Assembly (NCBI GenBank): GCA_049668445.1
Contig: JBATJK010000099.1
Coordinates: 731-64,730, forward strand
DNA length: 64,000 nucleotides
Source: Gemmatimonadota bacterium
GTDB taxonomy: Bacteria > Gemmatimonadota > Gemmatimonadetes > Palauibacterales > Palauibacteraceae
Direction of reading: 5' to 3'
Within the stretch, counting starts at the first letter, position 1; each line of letters begins with the position of its first letter. Below, piece after piece: positions 37,947 to 46,853 of this stretch. The position numbers and the translations under genes are program-made. A model generated the notes under the pieces. It was not told the DNA's origin and searched no databases. It saw only the letters and a list, made by a program, of their open reading frames with translations.

Positions 37947-38922
37947 CCGCGGCCACGAATCGACGAACGATTCCCTCCACCGCCTCGATCGAGTCAACAC
38001 CGGCGACACTCTTCCCCGCCTGCCAGAACTGCCGGCGCCCGGTTTCGTCGCGATTGGCGCGCGCGAGCCGGACTCCCGACTTCAGGGCGTAGAACGAGCG
38101 CATCCAGTGTTTGGTGCGACGGCCGCTGAGCAAGCGTCTCGCTACCGGTCCGGCACGGGTCCCCATGGCATCCACGTAGGGCGTCCGGAGAACCGCCAGA
38201 GGCACGCCCGTGACCTTGTCGCTCAGCACGACATCTTCTTCACCAGCCGCGATGATGGCCCCCTTGTACGCCTCACTGGCGGAGCATTCGACCGTAGCGA
38301 TGAACCGCGTTCCCATCTGCACGCCGGCGTATCCCAGGCGAAGTGCCTCGACGAAGTCGCGCTCCGCGCCGATCCCGCCGGCGCAAACCACCGGCAAGCC
38401 CAGGTCTCCCACCTCGTCCAACAATCTCTCAGCGGAATGCGGACCGGAGTGCCCCCCCGCCCGCTCGTTGACGGCGATCAACCCCTGTGCGCCCCCATCC
38501 ACCGCCTTCTGGGCCCACTTCCTTTCGGTCACGTCGTGATACACGACCCCACCGACTTGCTCGGCTCGCTCAACGACCCACGCCGGATTCCCGAGCGAGG
38601 TCACGAAGAAGCGGATGCCCTCCTCGAGGGCCACGTCGACCCACGTGGCCATGCGATCCTGGTAACGCCTGGATGACTTCTCGATGAGTGCGTTGAATCC
38701 GATGGGACGGGAGGTCAGGTCCCGAATGTAGCGGAGGCCGTTCCTGAACCCGTATCCGTGCACATAGGTCAGTGACACCGGTTGCACGATCCCGATACCG
38801 CCAGCCGCGGAAACGGCGGCCACGAGCTCTGGATTGCCGCATGGGTACATCGCGCCGCCGATCAGCGGAACGTCGATCCGCGCATCGCGCGTGAGCGCCG
38901 TACTCAGGAGATCAGCGCTCAC
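37936..38922 (-). CDS. Nitronate monooxygenase / FMN-dependent 2-nitropropane dioxygenase family (FabK-like TIM barrel)
   Basis: MSADLLSTALTRDARIDVPLIGGAMYPCGNPELVAAVSAAGGIGIVQP…GGIG. Confidence 0.8.
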   Translation of the reverse strand: MSADLLSTALTRDARIDVPLIGGAMYPCGNPELVAAVSAAGGIGIVQPVSLTYVHGYGFRNGLRYIRDLTSRPIGFNALIEKSSRRYQDRMATWVDVALEEGIRFFVTSLGNPAWVVERAEQVGGVVYHDVTERKWAQKAVDGGAQGLIAVNERAGGHSGPHSAERLLDEVGDLGLPVVCAGGIGAERDFVEALRLGYAGVQMGTRFIATVECSASEAYKGAIIAAGEEDVVLSDKVTGVPLAVLRTPYVDAMGTRAGPVARRLLSGRRTKHWMRSFYALKSGVRLARANRDETGRRQFWQAGKSVAGVDSIEAVEGIVRRFVAAASR

Positions 38923-39902
38923 AGGGGGTGGGTCTGTCCGGCCCGCGCGATTTCGAATCCCGCGGCGAGGACGGCTTTCCGTTCAGGGCCGTCGAGATCG
39001 AGAACTGGATTCGAACTGTTCAGGTGCGTCAGTATGATCGACCGATCGGACCGGGCAAGCGGTCCCAGGCGCTCCATCGTGTCGATGATGAGCGGGTGAG
39101 GAACCTCTGACTGATTTCTTCCCGGAAGCTCAGCCGCCGAATAGAAGGTCGAGTCCAGGAGGGCGATATCGACCTCGGCGACCACATCCTCGATCCGCCG
39201 GTCCCATTGATCCCAGCGGTCGATGTCCGGCAGGTACAGCAGGGAGCGGCGGGGCCCCTGGAATACGAAACCCAGGGTATCGCTGTACTCGTCCCGGTGA
39301 GGTACCTGTAGAGCGGTCACGCTCAAGTCTTCGGCCAGGCGCGTCGGGCGCTCCGGCTCGAGCACCCGCAGATCCAGGCGCCCCTCATCGACCATGAGGC
39401 TCCATGGACCGTTTGTCCTCAGAAACTCGGCCATGCGCGAACTGCAGTAGCAGGGTGTCGGCTCCATCCCGAGACCCTCTCGACCGAGCAATGCCAGGCC
39501 CAGGTAATGGCCGATATGTGCGTGCGTGAGGAGAATCCCCTCGAACGGCCGTCGCGCTGCGGCCCGGGCTCGGAAAGCGGCGCCCGGCAACAGGTCCATC
39601 TGCCGGATCAGGTCCGGCGTGGCGTCCACCAGGAACGCGCTCCCCGATTCCGGATTGACGATGCCCAGCGAAGCCACGTAGTGGGGATCCAGCCGGGCCC
39701 TGTCACACCGCTCCGAATAGCAGCCGGCCTGCGGAAGCCCTCCGTCCTGTATCGAGCCGAGAACGATCGCGAGCCACTCGGGCGCCGGTGTCAGACCCGG
39801 CAACATCTTGAACCGGGTCCCGAGGGCTCCGCACACGGCAGCGCCCGCAAAGGCTCGGCGGGTCCACGTGCGGGGCGACGCCGGGTCGGGACCGTGCCTC
39901 AC
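38919..39902 (-). CDS. MBL-fold metallo-hydrolase (PqqB-like) with Tat-type signal
   Basis: RRAFAGAAVCGALG twin-arginine leader, and HAHIGHYLG metal-binding motif. Confidence 0.7.
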   Translation of the reverse strand: MRHGPDPASPRTWTRRAFAGAAVCGALGTRFKMLPGLTPAPEWLAIVLGSIQDGGLPQAGCYSERCDRARLDPHYVASLGIVNPESGSAFLVDATPDLIRQMDLLPGAAFRARAAARRPFEGILLTHAHIGHYLGLALLGREGLGMEPTPCYCSSRMAEFLRTNGPWSLMVDEGRLDLRVLEPERPTRLAEDLSVTALQVPHRDEYSDTLGFVFQGPRRSLLYLPDIDRWDQWDRRIEDVVAEVDIALLDSTFYSAAELPGRNQSEVPHPLIIDTMERLGPLARSDRSIILTHLNSSNPVLDLDGPERKAVLAAGFEIARAGQTHPL

Positions 39903-39915
39903 CGGCGAGGCCGCC

Positions 39916-41856
39916 TCATGGCACGAGGGCCCTCGTGCGGACTTCGTCCTGGATTCGCTCCACGAACTCCTGCACCGGCATCACGACCTGTTTCTTCTCC
40001 GCGCTCCGAGCCCTGACGGCCACGGTACCCGCTTCCAGTTCTCGTCCCCCGACGACCAGCAGATACGGAATCCTGTTCAACTCGCCATCCCGGATCCGGT
40101 AGTTCAGCGTGTCGGAGCGGACGTCGAGTTCCGCCGCCAGGCCAGCGTCTCGCAGTGTGCTCACGATTTCGGCTGCTCCCTCTGCCTGGTCGTCGGTGAT
40201 CGGCAGCACGCGCACCTGCTCCGGGGCCAGCCAGACCGGGAAGGCCCCCGCGAAGTGCTCGATCAGAAAGCCCGTGAACCGCTCGAGCGTCCCGAAGATG
40301 GCGCGGTGAATCATCACCGGCCGGTGCGGCTTGTTATCCGGTCCGATGTACTCGAGCTCGAATCTCTCGGGCAGGTTGAAGTCGAGCTGAATCGTCGCAC
40401 CCTGCCACTCGCGGCCGATCGCGTCTTTGAACTTAATGTCGATCTTGGGGCCGTAGAACGCTCCCCCTCCCTCATCGACGCCATAAGGTCGGCCCACCCG
40501 GTCGAGGGCCTGTCTGAGATCCGTTTCCGCCCGGTCCCACACATCGTCAGCCCCGATCCGTTTCTGCGGCCGGGTCGAGAAGTCCAGCCGGTACTCGAGT
40601 CCCAGTGTCCCCATCACTTCGTCGATCAAGTCGATGCAGGTGAAGATCTCGTCCTCGACCTGGTCCGGCGTGCAGAACAGATGCCCATCATCCATGGTGA
40701 GCATCCGCACCCGCAGCAGTCCGTGCAGGGTGCCCGAACGCTCGTAGCGATAGACGTTGGCGATCTCCGACAGGCGCAGGGGCAGATCCCGGTAGCTGCG
40801 CTGACGGGCGGCGTAGATCATGGTGTGGCCCGGACAGTTCATGGGCTTCACCCGGAACGCCTCGCCCTCGCCTTCCTCCTGCATCCTCGGATACATGTTC
40901 TCGGCGTAGGCCGGGAGGTGGCCGGACCTGCGGAACAGCGCCTCACTGGCGACGTGGGGCGTGAATACGAATTCGTAGTCCTGCTTCAGGAGAAGATCCT
41001 CGATCCATCGCCTGAGCTTCATCTGGATCCGCGCGCCCTTCGGATGCCACGCCACCAGGCCCGGGCCGAACTCCTCGTGGAAGCTGAACAGGTCCTGCTC
41101 CTGGCCGATCTTGCGATGGTCGCGCTTCTTCGCCTCTTCGAGCTGTGTCAGATACGCGGCGAGAGCCTTCTTGTCGTAGAACGCCGTGCCGTAGATGCGC
41201 TGAAGCATCTGGCGCGTCTCGTCACCCCTCCAGTAGGCGCCGGCCCCAGAGAGCAGCTTGAAGTGCTTGATCTCGTCCGTCGAAGCCACGTGAGGGCCGC
41301 GGCAAAGATCCGTGAACGGGCCATCCGTATACGTGGAGATCGTCTCCCCTTCGGGAATCTCCGCCAGGCGCTCCAGCTTCAGCGGATCGTCCGCGAACAG
41401 GTCTTCCGCCTCCTGCAAGTCGACCTCACGTCGCTCGAACGCGTATCCCTGCTTGACGACCTCGGCCATGCGGGCCTCGATCCGCTCGAGGTCCTCGGGC
41501 GTGAACGGCTCCGGCACGTCGAAATCGTAGTAGAAACCGTTCTCGATGGGGGGCCCGAATCCGATCCCCGCGCCCGGATAGAGATCGCGCACGGCTGTGG
41601 CGAGCACATGAGCCGTGGAGTGGCGGAGGGCGTAGAGAGCGTCGGCGTCATCGTCGCCTCGCGTCACGATCGCCACGGTGGCACCGTCGGGAAGCGGCCG
41701 GTTCAGGTCCCTCAGCTCGCCGTCCACTCGCGCGGCGACAGCGGCGCGGGCCAGGCCCGGGCCTATCGAAGCCGCCAGATCGGCCGACGACGAGCCGGCG
41801 GGAAGGTCCTTCACGGATCCGTCAGGGAGGGAAACCCTCAACTTGGAGTCGCTCAT
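39916..41856 (-). CDS. thrS: Threonine--tRNA ligase
   Basis: 646 aa. TGS domain start MSDSKLRVSLPDGSVKDLPAGSS, editing-domain HSTAHVL, class II core, and anticodon-binding C-terminus. Confidence 0.95.
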   Translation of the reverse strand: MSDSKLRVSLPDGSVKDLPAGSSSADLAASIGPGLARAAVAARVDGELRDLNRPLPDGATVAIVTRGDDDADALYALRHSTAHVLATAVRDLYPGAGIGFGPPIENGFYYDFDVPEPFTPEDLERIEARMAEVVKQGYAFERREVDLQEAEDLFADDPLKLERLAEIPEGETISTYTDGPFTDLCRGPHVASTDEIKHFKLLSGAGAYWRGDETRQMLQRIYGTAFYDKKALAAYLTQLEEAKKRDHRKIGQEQDLFSFHEEFGPGLVAWHPKGARIQMKLRRWIEDLLLKQDYEFVFTPHVASEALFRRSGHLPAYAENMYPRMQEEGEGEAFRVKPMNCPGHTMIYAARQRSYRDLPLRLSEIANVYRYERSGTLHGLLRVRMLTMDDGHLFCTPDQVEDEIFTCIDLIDEVMGTLGLEYRLDFSTRPQKRIGADDVWDRAETDLRQALDRVGRPYGVDEGGGAFYGPKIDIKFKDAIGREWQGATIQLDFNLPERFELEYIGPDNKPHRPVMIHRAIFGTLERFTGFLIEHFAGAFPVWLAPEQVRVLPITDDQAEGAAEIVSTLRDAGLAAELDVRSDTLNYRIRDGELNRIPYLLVVGGRELEAGTVAVRARSAEKKQVVMPVQEFVERIQDEVRTRALVP

Positions 41857-41994
41857 CGCATACCCGTCGATGATTCGAGTGACTGTACCGGTCCGGCTTC
41901 GTCTATCGGAGGCCAGACCGCGATATCGAGGGAAAGAAGGTAGAGGGTGCCCGACAAATCGACCAGCGGCGGTTTCCCCCCACCTGACCCCGAC

Positions 41995-42333
41995 TCAGCT
42001 TCCTTCGGGCGCCAACTCGATTCGATCCGGCAGGTTCGGCACCATGCACAGAAACTCGAACGGCCCGGATTCCGCGGCCCGGTACCAGTGAGGTACACCG
42101 GCCGGGATGAAGACGACGTCTCCGGCGGACACCGCGAACGTGTCGTCCCCTATGCCGATGTTCGCTCGCCCCCTCAGCACGTACTGTTCGTGTTCTACCG
42201 TGTTGGTGTGACGTGGCATCCCGCCTCCCGGCTGCATGATGAACCGCCGCATCTGGAAGTTGGGGCCCGTGTCCTCACCGATCAGGACCTGTCGTTCGGT
42301 TCCGGAGCCGGCGGCAACCGACTCGACCGGCAT
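41995..42333 (-). CDS. Cupin domain protein
   Basis: Probable start is internal MPVESVAAGS… (112 aa), with the conserved cupin core GGGMPRHTNTVEHEQYVLRG…GDVVFIPAGVPH. The longer track ORF (to 42765) runs antisense to the neighbour and is low-complexity. Confidence 0.6.
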   Translation of the reverse strand: MPVESVAAGSGTERQVLIGEDTGPNFQMRRFIMQPGGGMPRHTNTVEHEQYVLRGRANIGIGDDTFAVSAGDVVFIPAGVPHWYRAAESGPFEFLCMVPNLPDRIELAPEGS

Positions 42334-42507
42334 GTCTTCTGCTCGTCTCACGTACACTGGTGATGCTCCCTTCAAACAGGTCGACCCATTCCCCCTGGCA
42401 CGGGATACGACGATCTTAGTGCGATTGCGCGTCGAAGAGAACGGCTCGAGCGTCACATGACCGCTTCGGACGCGCGGCCAAACCGGAAACCTATCGTGGA
42501 GAGTTGC

Positions 42508-42972
42508 ATGGAGAAGATCTGGAAGGCGGCAGTGTTCGCCGCGTGTCTGCTGCCCGGCGCCTGCGGCGAGCCTGCGGATCGAGAGAATCTGCCTCCGGGG
42601 GACGCCGCGAGCCCGGTCATGGAGGCGACGACACAAGGCGTTCAGATCATCTCGCCGGCCGACGGTGAGGTCCTGGAGAGAGGTGCCGTCACCGTGCGGC
42701 TGCGAGTCGAGGGCCTCATGGTCGTGCCGGCTGGCGTCGAGCAGTCCTCGTCCGGACACCACCACCTGATCGTCGACGCTCCCCTGCCGGACCTGGGTCT
42801 GCCGATTCCGTCAGAAGCCGGCCGGTATATCCACCTCGGCATGGGTCAGACGGAGTACGTGCTCGAAGGACTCGAGGCAGGCCAGCACCAGGTCATCGCC
42901 CTCGTGGGAGACCATGTGCACGTTCCGCTGAGCCCCCCCGTGGCCGACACCGTCCGTTTCGTCGTCCGCTAG
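42508..42972 (+). CDS. DUF4399-like secreted/lipoprotein (GHHHL motif)
   Basis: Probable start MEKIWKAAVFAACLLPGACG (signal plus Cys). Conserved SSGHHHLIVD motif typical of DUF4399 proteins. Confidence 0.5.
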   Translation: MEKIWKAAVFAACLLPGACGEPADRENLPPGDAASPVMEATTQGVQIISPADGEVLERGAVTVRLRVEGLMVVPAGVEQSSSGHHHLIVDAPLPDLGLPIPSEAGRYIHLGMGQTEYVLEGLEAGQHQVIALVGDHVHVPLSPPVADTVRFVVR

Positions 42973-42980
42973 GCGACCCC

Positions 42981-43007
42981 CCGGCCCGTGCCCACTCCAC
43001 GGGCCGG
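42981..43007. terminator. Bidirectional GC hairpin between convergent genes
   Basis: Perfect 10-bp inverted repeat ccggcccgtg / cacgggccgg with a 7-nt loop, in the 37-nt gap between the DUF4399 gene and the convergent lipoprotein gene. Confidence 0.35.
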
Positions 43008-43009
43008 AT

Positions 43010-43513
43010 TCAGTCGCGCAGGATTCCGTACCGACTCACCGTGACCCGATCCGCGCCGAGTACCACCCAGATCTTCGCTCCCAGCTGTCCCGCCAGGCGC
43101 TCACTCACGTCCAATCGAACCGTCGAACCGTCGTCCTTCGTGATGAAGAACCCCGAGGCATCCTCGGCGAGGATGCCGACCAACGGCACGTCACCGTCGA
43201 CCGAGAGAATCCGGTACTCGGACACCCGGACGGCCGGGCCGTAGTCGGAGCTGACGGGAGTACCCGAGACCCACACTTCAGCCCCGGCCGCTCGCGCGAT
43301 TTCCGACTCGTAGTCACCCACCACGACCACGGACTCCTCGCCCTGGATCACCGTTCGCACCGCCGCCTCACTGCCAAGGCGGCGGACGGTTCCGCGCGCC
43401 GTCGTTTCGGGCGTGCTCACCGCGGGACCACTCTCGACGACCGCCTTGCGTGAACAGGACACCGAAACCAGTGCGACCGCCACGAGTCCGACTGCTGCTA
43501 GAATCCGTCGCAT
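43010..43513 (-). CDS. Hypothetical secreted/lipoprotein
   Basis: Signal peptide MRRILAAVGLVAVALVSVSCSRK. I recognise no conserved domain. Confidence 0.45.
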   Translation of the reverse strand: MRRILAAVGLVAVALVSVSCSRKAVVESGPAVSTPETTARGTVRRLGSEAAVRTVIQGEESVVVVGDYESEIARAAGAEVWVSGTPVSSDYGPAVRVSEYRILSVDGDVPLVGILAEDASGFFITKDDGSTVRLDVSERLAGQLGAKIWVVLGADRVTVSRYGILRD

Positions 43514-43584
43514 TCGTCCGTCTCCATTGCGTTACGTTTCCCTGGTGTCGCTCCGGCGCTCGATCCCCGATCCGGATAGCGATT

Positions 43585-44739
43585 CTACACTTCCTCGACC
43601 AACCCCTGCCACAGGTCGAACCAGTAGCCAAGGTACTTCCAGCGCCCCCAATCCGCGTAGACCTGCTCCGCTTCCCTGTCGGACGGAAGCCGGCCCTCGA
43701 AGTAGCGGCTGGACACGAAGGCCCGGTACACGGAATCGACCGCGAGGTGGTCGTAGCGACCGAGGAGCATGAGCATCGTCGCGGCGGCATAGGGGCCTAC
43801 ACCCTTGATGTCGAGCAGCGCGCGCCGGACCTCCTCCGTGCTCGCGTCCCGTGTGCGCAACTCCTCCAGGTCCAGGTCGCCTGCCGTGACCCGCTCGGCC
43901 AGTTCACGAACGTAGGGCGCACGGTAGCCCAGCCGGGCTTCCTCCAGAGTCCGCCCGTCGGCGGCCGCGATCGCCGCGGGCGTGGGGAACGAGTTCGGTA
44001 ACGCCTCGGGATCGGGCCCGCTGAGGGGCCCGGCCTCACCGAGTTGCCGGGTCAGGCCCCGGACCATGGCTTTGGTCCCGCCCCATTGAACGTTCGTCGT
44101 ACAAATCGTCTTCACGGCGTCCTCGAACACCGAGGGCGAGCGCAGCAGGCGCCCCAGTCCGTTGCTGGCAGCCTCCCAACGGGGCCCCGCCTCTCTGCAG
44201 TGCGCGTGAAACGGTCGAAGGTCCTCATCCAGCCGAAGCATACGCGTGATCGAACGACGCACGGTCTGCCGCTCCGATGCCCGCATCTCGCCCTGGTGTG
44301 TCACCTCGATTCGAATACGCGGACGATCCACGCTCCCCGTGCCCGTGACTTCAAGATGAACCACCCGGCCTGGACCCAGACGCTCCGTGCGGATCAGGGC
44401 ATGGCGGTCGCCATCCCAGCGGTTGGGGTGGAGGACGGCCCAACCGTGCGAGTACACCGTCCCCGCGAACTCGAACGGGGTCGGCGCCGCGAAAGTGATC
44501 TTCGTGGTGCGCAGATCGCCGCGGCCAAGCCCCCGTGGAGACGTCACGGCGAACTCTCCTTCCAGAGCAACCACACTCCGGCAAACTGGACTGGCGGCAA
44601 ACTGCGCTCGGCGTCGAGTACCACGGCGCGCACGCGGCTCCCACCCCGCGACGGATCCCCCCGACTGGCCACGAGCGCGCCGTTCGAGAGGCCATGGCCC
44701 CACCCCGTGAGACCGTCGGGGCCTTCGACCTGGCCACAC
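43585..44739 (-). CDS. HhH-GPD base-excision DNA glycosylase (AlkA-like 3-methyladenine glycosylase II family). The start is uncertain.
   Basis: AlkA_N-like region followed by helix-hairpin-helix …LLDIKGVGPYAAATMLMLLGRYDHLAVDSV…. The N-terminal roughly 60 aa of the track ORF are Arg-rich and probably not translated. Confidence 0.6.
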   Translation of the reverse strand: MWPGRRPRRSHGVGPWPLERRARGQSGGSVAGWEPRARRGTRRRAQFAASPVCRSVVALEGEFAVTSPRGLGRGDLRTTKITFAAPTPFEFAGTVYSHGWAVLHPNRWDGDRHALIRTERLGPGRVVHLEVTGTGSVDRPRIRIEVTHQGEMRASERQTVRRSITRMLRLDEDLRPFHAHCREAGPRWEAASNGLGRLLRSPSVFEDAVKTICTTNVQWGGTKAMVRGLTRQLGEAGPLSGPDPEALPNSFPTPAAIAAADGRTLEEARLGYRAPYVRELAERVTAGDLDLEELRTRDASTEEVRRALLDIKGVGPYAAATMLMLLGRYDHLAVDSVYRAFVSSRYFEGRLPSDREAEQVYADWGRWKYLGYWFDLWQGLVEEV

Positions 44740-45368
44740 GACGGAGCATCAAACCGGGCGAGCATGTCCGAGAGCTTCTGCGAAGCCAGTGTCTCAATCC
44801 ACACTTCAGCCAGGCCCAGGGCTCCATTCCGGTGGTGAAGCTGGGCAGGCTCGTCGGGCGCTCGGAACCGGACGTGCACGAAGAAGAAGGCGTGCAGCGG
44901 ATGTCCTTCTGGAAACGACACCCAGTCGAAGGCACGCCCTTCGAACACCACCGCCTCCGCCGCCAGCGCTCCGAGGCGGCCCAGGACGGTGTCGGGCGGC
45001 CCCGCGCTGAGGGCTACGAACGCCCCGCCATCCCCGCGCTCGAGGAACCGCCGGTACCACTCGGACAACTCGTCCGAATCTCCGGGGCCCGTCGTGATGA
45101 GTTCGAGCGCCGAGCCGTCGCCGAAGCGAATATGGACGTTCCTCAGACCGTTCTCGTGGACCCGTCCCGGCTTGAGCGAAAAACCTAGCGCGTCACGGAA
45201 GGCGGTGCCGGCCGACCCTAAATCGGTCACGGCGATCACCACGTGATCCAACCGTATGGCCGCTGATTCCGCGCGACACGAGACCGCGCCCCCCTGCCCC
45301 GCGGCGTCCGGCGCCGCGGCCAGGAGAGACAGCGCTGCCAGCCCGAGAAGCCCTCTCCGGCTCAGTAC
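44544..45368 (-). CDS. Glyoxalase-like (VOC-related) domain protein with Tat-like signal. The start is approximate (GTG).
   Basis: …LDHVVIAVTDLGSAGTAFRDALGFSLKPGRVHENGLRNVHIRFGDGSALELI…, preceded by a SRRGLLGLAALSLLAAAPDAAG leader. The start was trimmed to avoid a 120-nt overlap with the upstream gene. Confidence 0.5.
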   Translation of the reverse strand, partial: VLSRRGLLGLAALSLLAAAPDAAGQGGAVSCRAESAAIRLDHVVIAVTDLGSAGTAFRDALGFSLKPGRVHENGLRNVHIRFGDGSALELITTGPGDSDELSEWYRRFLERGDGGAFVALSAGPPDTVLGRLGALAAEAVVFEGRAFDWVSFPEGHPLHAFFFVHVRFRAPDEPAQLHHRNGALGLAEVWIETLASQKLSDMLARFDAPSCGQVEGPDGLTGWGHGLSNGALVASRGDPSRGGSRVRAVVLDAERSLPPVQFAGVWLLWKESSP

Positions 45369-46228
45369 ACGCGCTCCGTACCGTCCGCCATCACCCGGCG
45401 CACGCGAACCTGGTTGTCCAGTGAGAGTTCCAGGAGCCACATGCTGCCGTCCGGACCGGCCATACCGCCCGACGGAGCCCAACCTGCCGGAGAACGCGCG
45501 ACGACCGATTCGCTTCCGTCAGGATCGATCCGGATGACGGCCGCGCCGGCAAAGGAGGCCACGTAGATCCGTCCCTCGCCATCCAACCACAGGCCCAGCA
45601 GGGAATGTCGGTCCTCGACTTCCAAGGCACGGGGCGTGAGGCTCGACAGGTTGGGTTTCCAGACGATCGCGGTCTCACGGCGCGTGTCCGCGCGCAGAAG
45701 ATCACGGCCCGCCGTGATCACGACCTTTCCGTCCGGTGTCGGAAGGGCGAAACCCGGCTCAGGGCGAGGGAGTGTCGTGCGGGTCACTTTCCCGGTCGCA
45801 CCCAAGCGCACGAGGGCCGGCCCGCCCGAGTGCTGCAGAATGTAGGCGACGCCCATCTGGTCGTGAACGAAGCCGAAGTCACCGTAGTCCCAGAGGTAGC
45901 CTGCCCTGCGCGGGATCACATCCGTCAGAGTGCCGTCCGGATCCAGTCTCCACACTCTGTGATACGGCCGGCCGGTGGCGTCGTCGTTCGTGGCATCCTC
46001 ACCATACAGCCGGTTCTCCGCGTCCAGGTACAGCTGCTGTGTATGAACCCCGATCACGGCAAGCGTGCGCGTACCGGTCGGGGAAATCCGCCACACGTTC
46101 TGGAGGTCGGAGTAGTAGACGAAACCACGACTGTCCATCACGACACTGACGGGCGGCTGCGCGGCTACCCCGTTCGCCAGGGACACCACCGCGACGGTAG
46201 CGAGCGCCGCAATTGACGCAGTTCTCAT
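45362..46228 (-). CDS. Secreted beta-propeller protein, hypothetical
   Basis: Signal peptide MRTASIAALATVAVVSLANGVAAQ. Repeated blade-like units (YYSDLQNVWRISPTG…, RVWRLDPDGT…, GRIYVASFAGAAVIRIDPDGS…). Confidence 0.5.
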   Translation of the reverse strand: MRTASIAALATVAVVSLANGVAAQPPVSVVMDSRGFVYYSDLQNVWRISPTGTRTLAVIGVHTQQLYLDAENRLYGEDATNDDATGRPYHRVWRLDPDGTLTDVIPRRAGYLWDYGDFGFVHDQMGVAYILQHSGGPALVRLGATGKVTRTTLPRPEPGFALPTPDGKVVITAGRDLLRADTRRETAIVWKPNLSSLTPRALEVEDRHSLLGLWLDGEGRIYVASFAGAAVIRIDPDGSESVVARSPAGWAPSGGMAGPDGSMWLLELSLDNQVRVRRVMADGTERVY

Positions 46229-46262
46229 ACGCGAACCTCCTCCGGTCTGGCCGGGTTGGTGT

Positions 46263-46853
46263 TCACTTTGGGGAGGTTGCGGTCACCGCGGCAAGTGACC
46301 CATTGAACTCCTCGGCCCAGACTTCGGCCTCGAAAGCGCGCAGACTCACCTGGGGACTGCGCCACGATCCCTTCGGAACCCCGGCCTTGTGGCAGAGACC
46401 GTCCAGAAAGGCCTCCCGGTCCCATCCCTGCTCCACGGGCACCTGCGGAAGAAGCAGGCCCAGGGTGGTCTCTCCGTACAAAAGGAGCCCGTGGGTACCG
46501 ACGAGCACCTCCTCCGGTCGGATCGGCCGCGGAGTCGTGAGAGCACTGATCTCGAACCGGAGGGCCGGAAGCTCGTCGCGGGTCACCGGGGAGAAACGGG
46601 GATCGTCCAGCGCCGCGGCCACCGCGACGCGACGCACGCACTCCGGGAGTGACCTGCGGGCAGGACATTCGCCGCGACAGCCCCGAAGACGCCCCGTCCG
46701 CGCGCGCCGAACGGTGACGAACGCGGCGCGCGGTTCCACGAGGTCCCGGAGAACGGACCCGATCTCGGGCCGTGGCTGCCCGTCCAGTGCGCACGCGACA
46801 GAGCCGCGGGCCAGAACAAGGAGCTCGGCTCTCTCCTGTCCGCCGACCGGCAT
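46263..46853 (-). CDS. AMMECR1 domain protein
   Basis: Internal start MPVGGQERAELLVLARGSVA. Motifs AAFVTVRRARTGRLRGCRGE and the GLLLPQVPVEQGWDREAFL tail match AMMECR1. It has an ATGA overlap with the GH97 gene stop. Confidence 0.75.
   Translation of the reverse strand: MPVGGQERAELLVLARGSVACALDGQPRPEIGSVLRDLVEPRAAFVTVRRARTGRLRGCRGECPARRSLPECVRRVAVAAALDDPRFSPVTRDELPALRFEISALTTPRPIRPEEVLVGTHGLLLYGETTLGLLLPQVPVEQGWDREAFLDGLCHKAGVPKGSWRSPQVSLRAFEAEVWAEEFNGSLAAVTATSPK

Noticed and set aside
39808-41943. 711-aa plus-strand ORF
   Set aside because: Antisense to thrS and part of the MBL gene. It is low-complexity and there is no independent support.
42334-42765. Upstream extension of the cupin ORF to 256 aa
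   Set aside because: The extension overlaps the divergent promoter region and the DUF4399 gene's upstream region. The cupin fold is complete from the internal Met.
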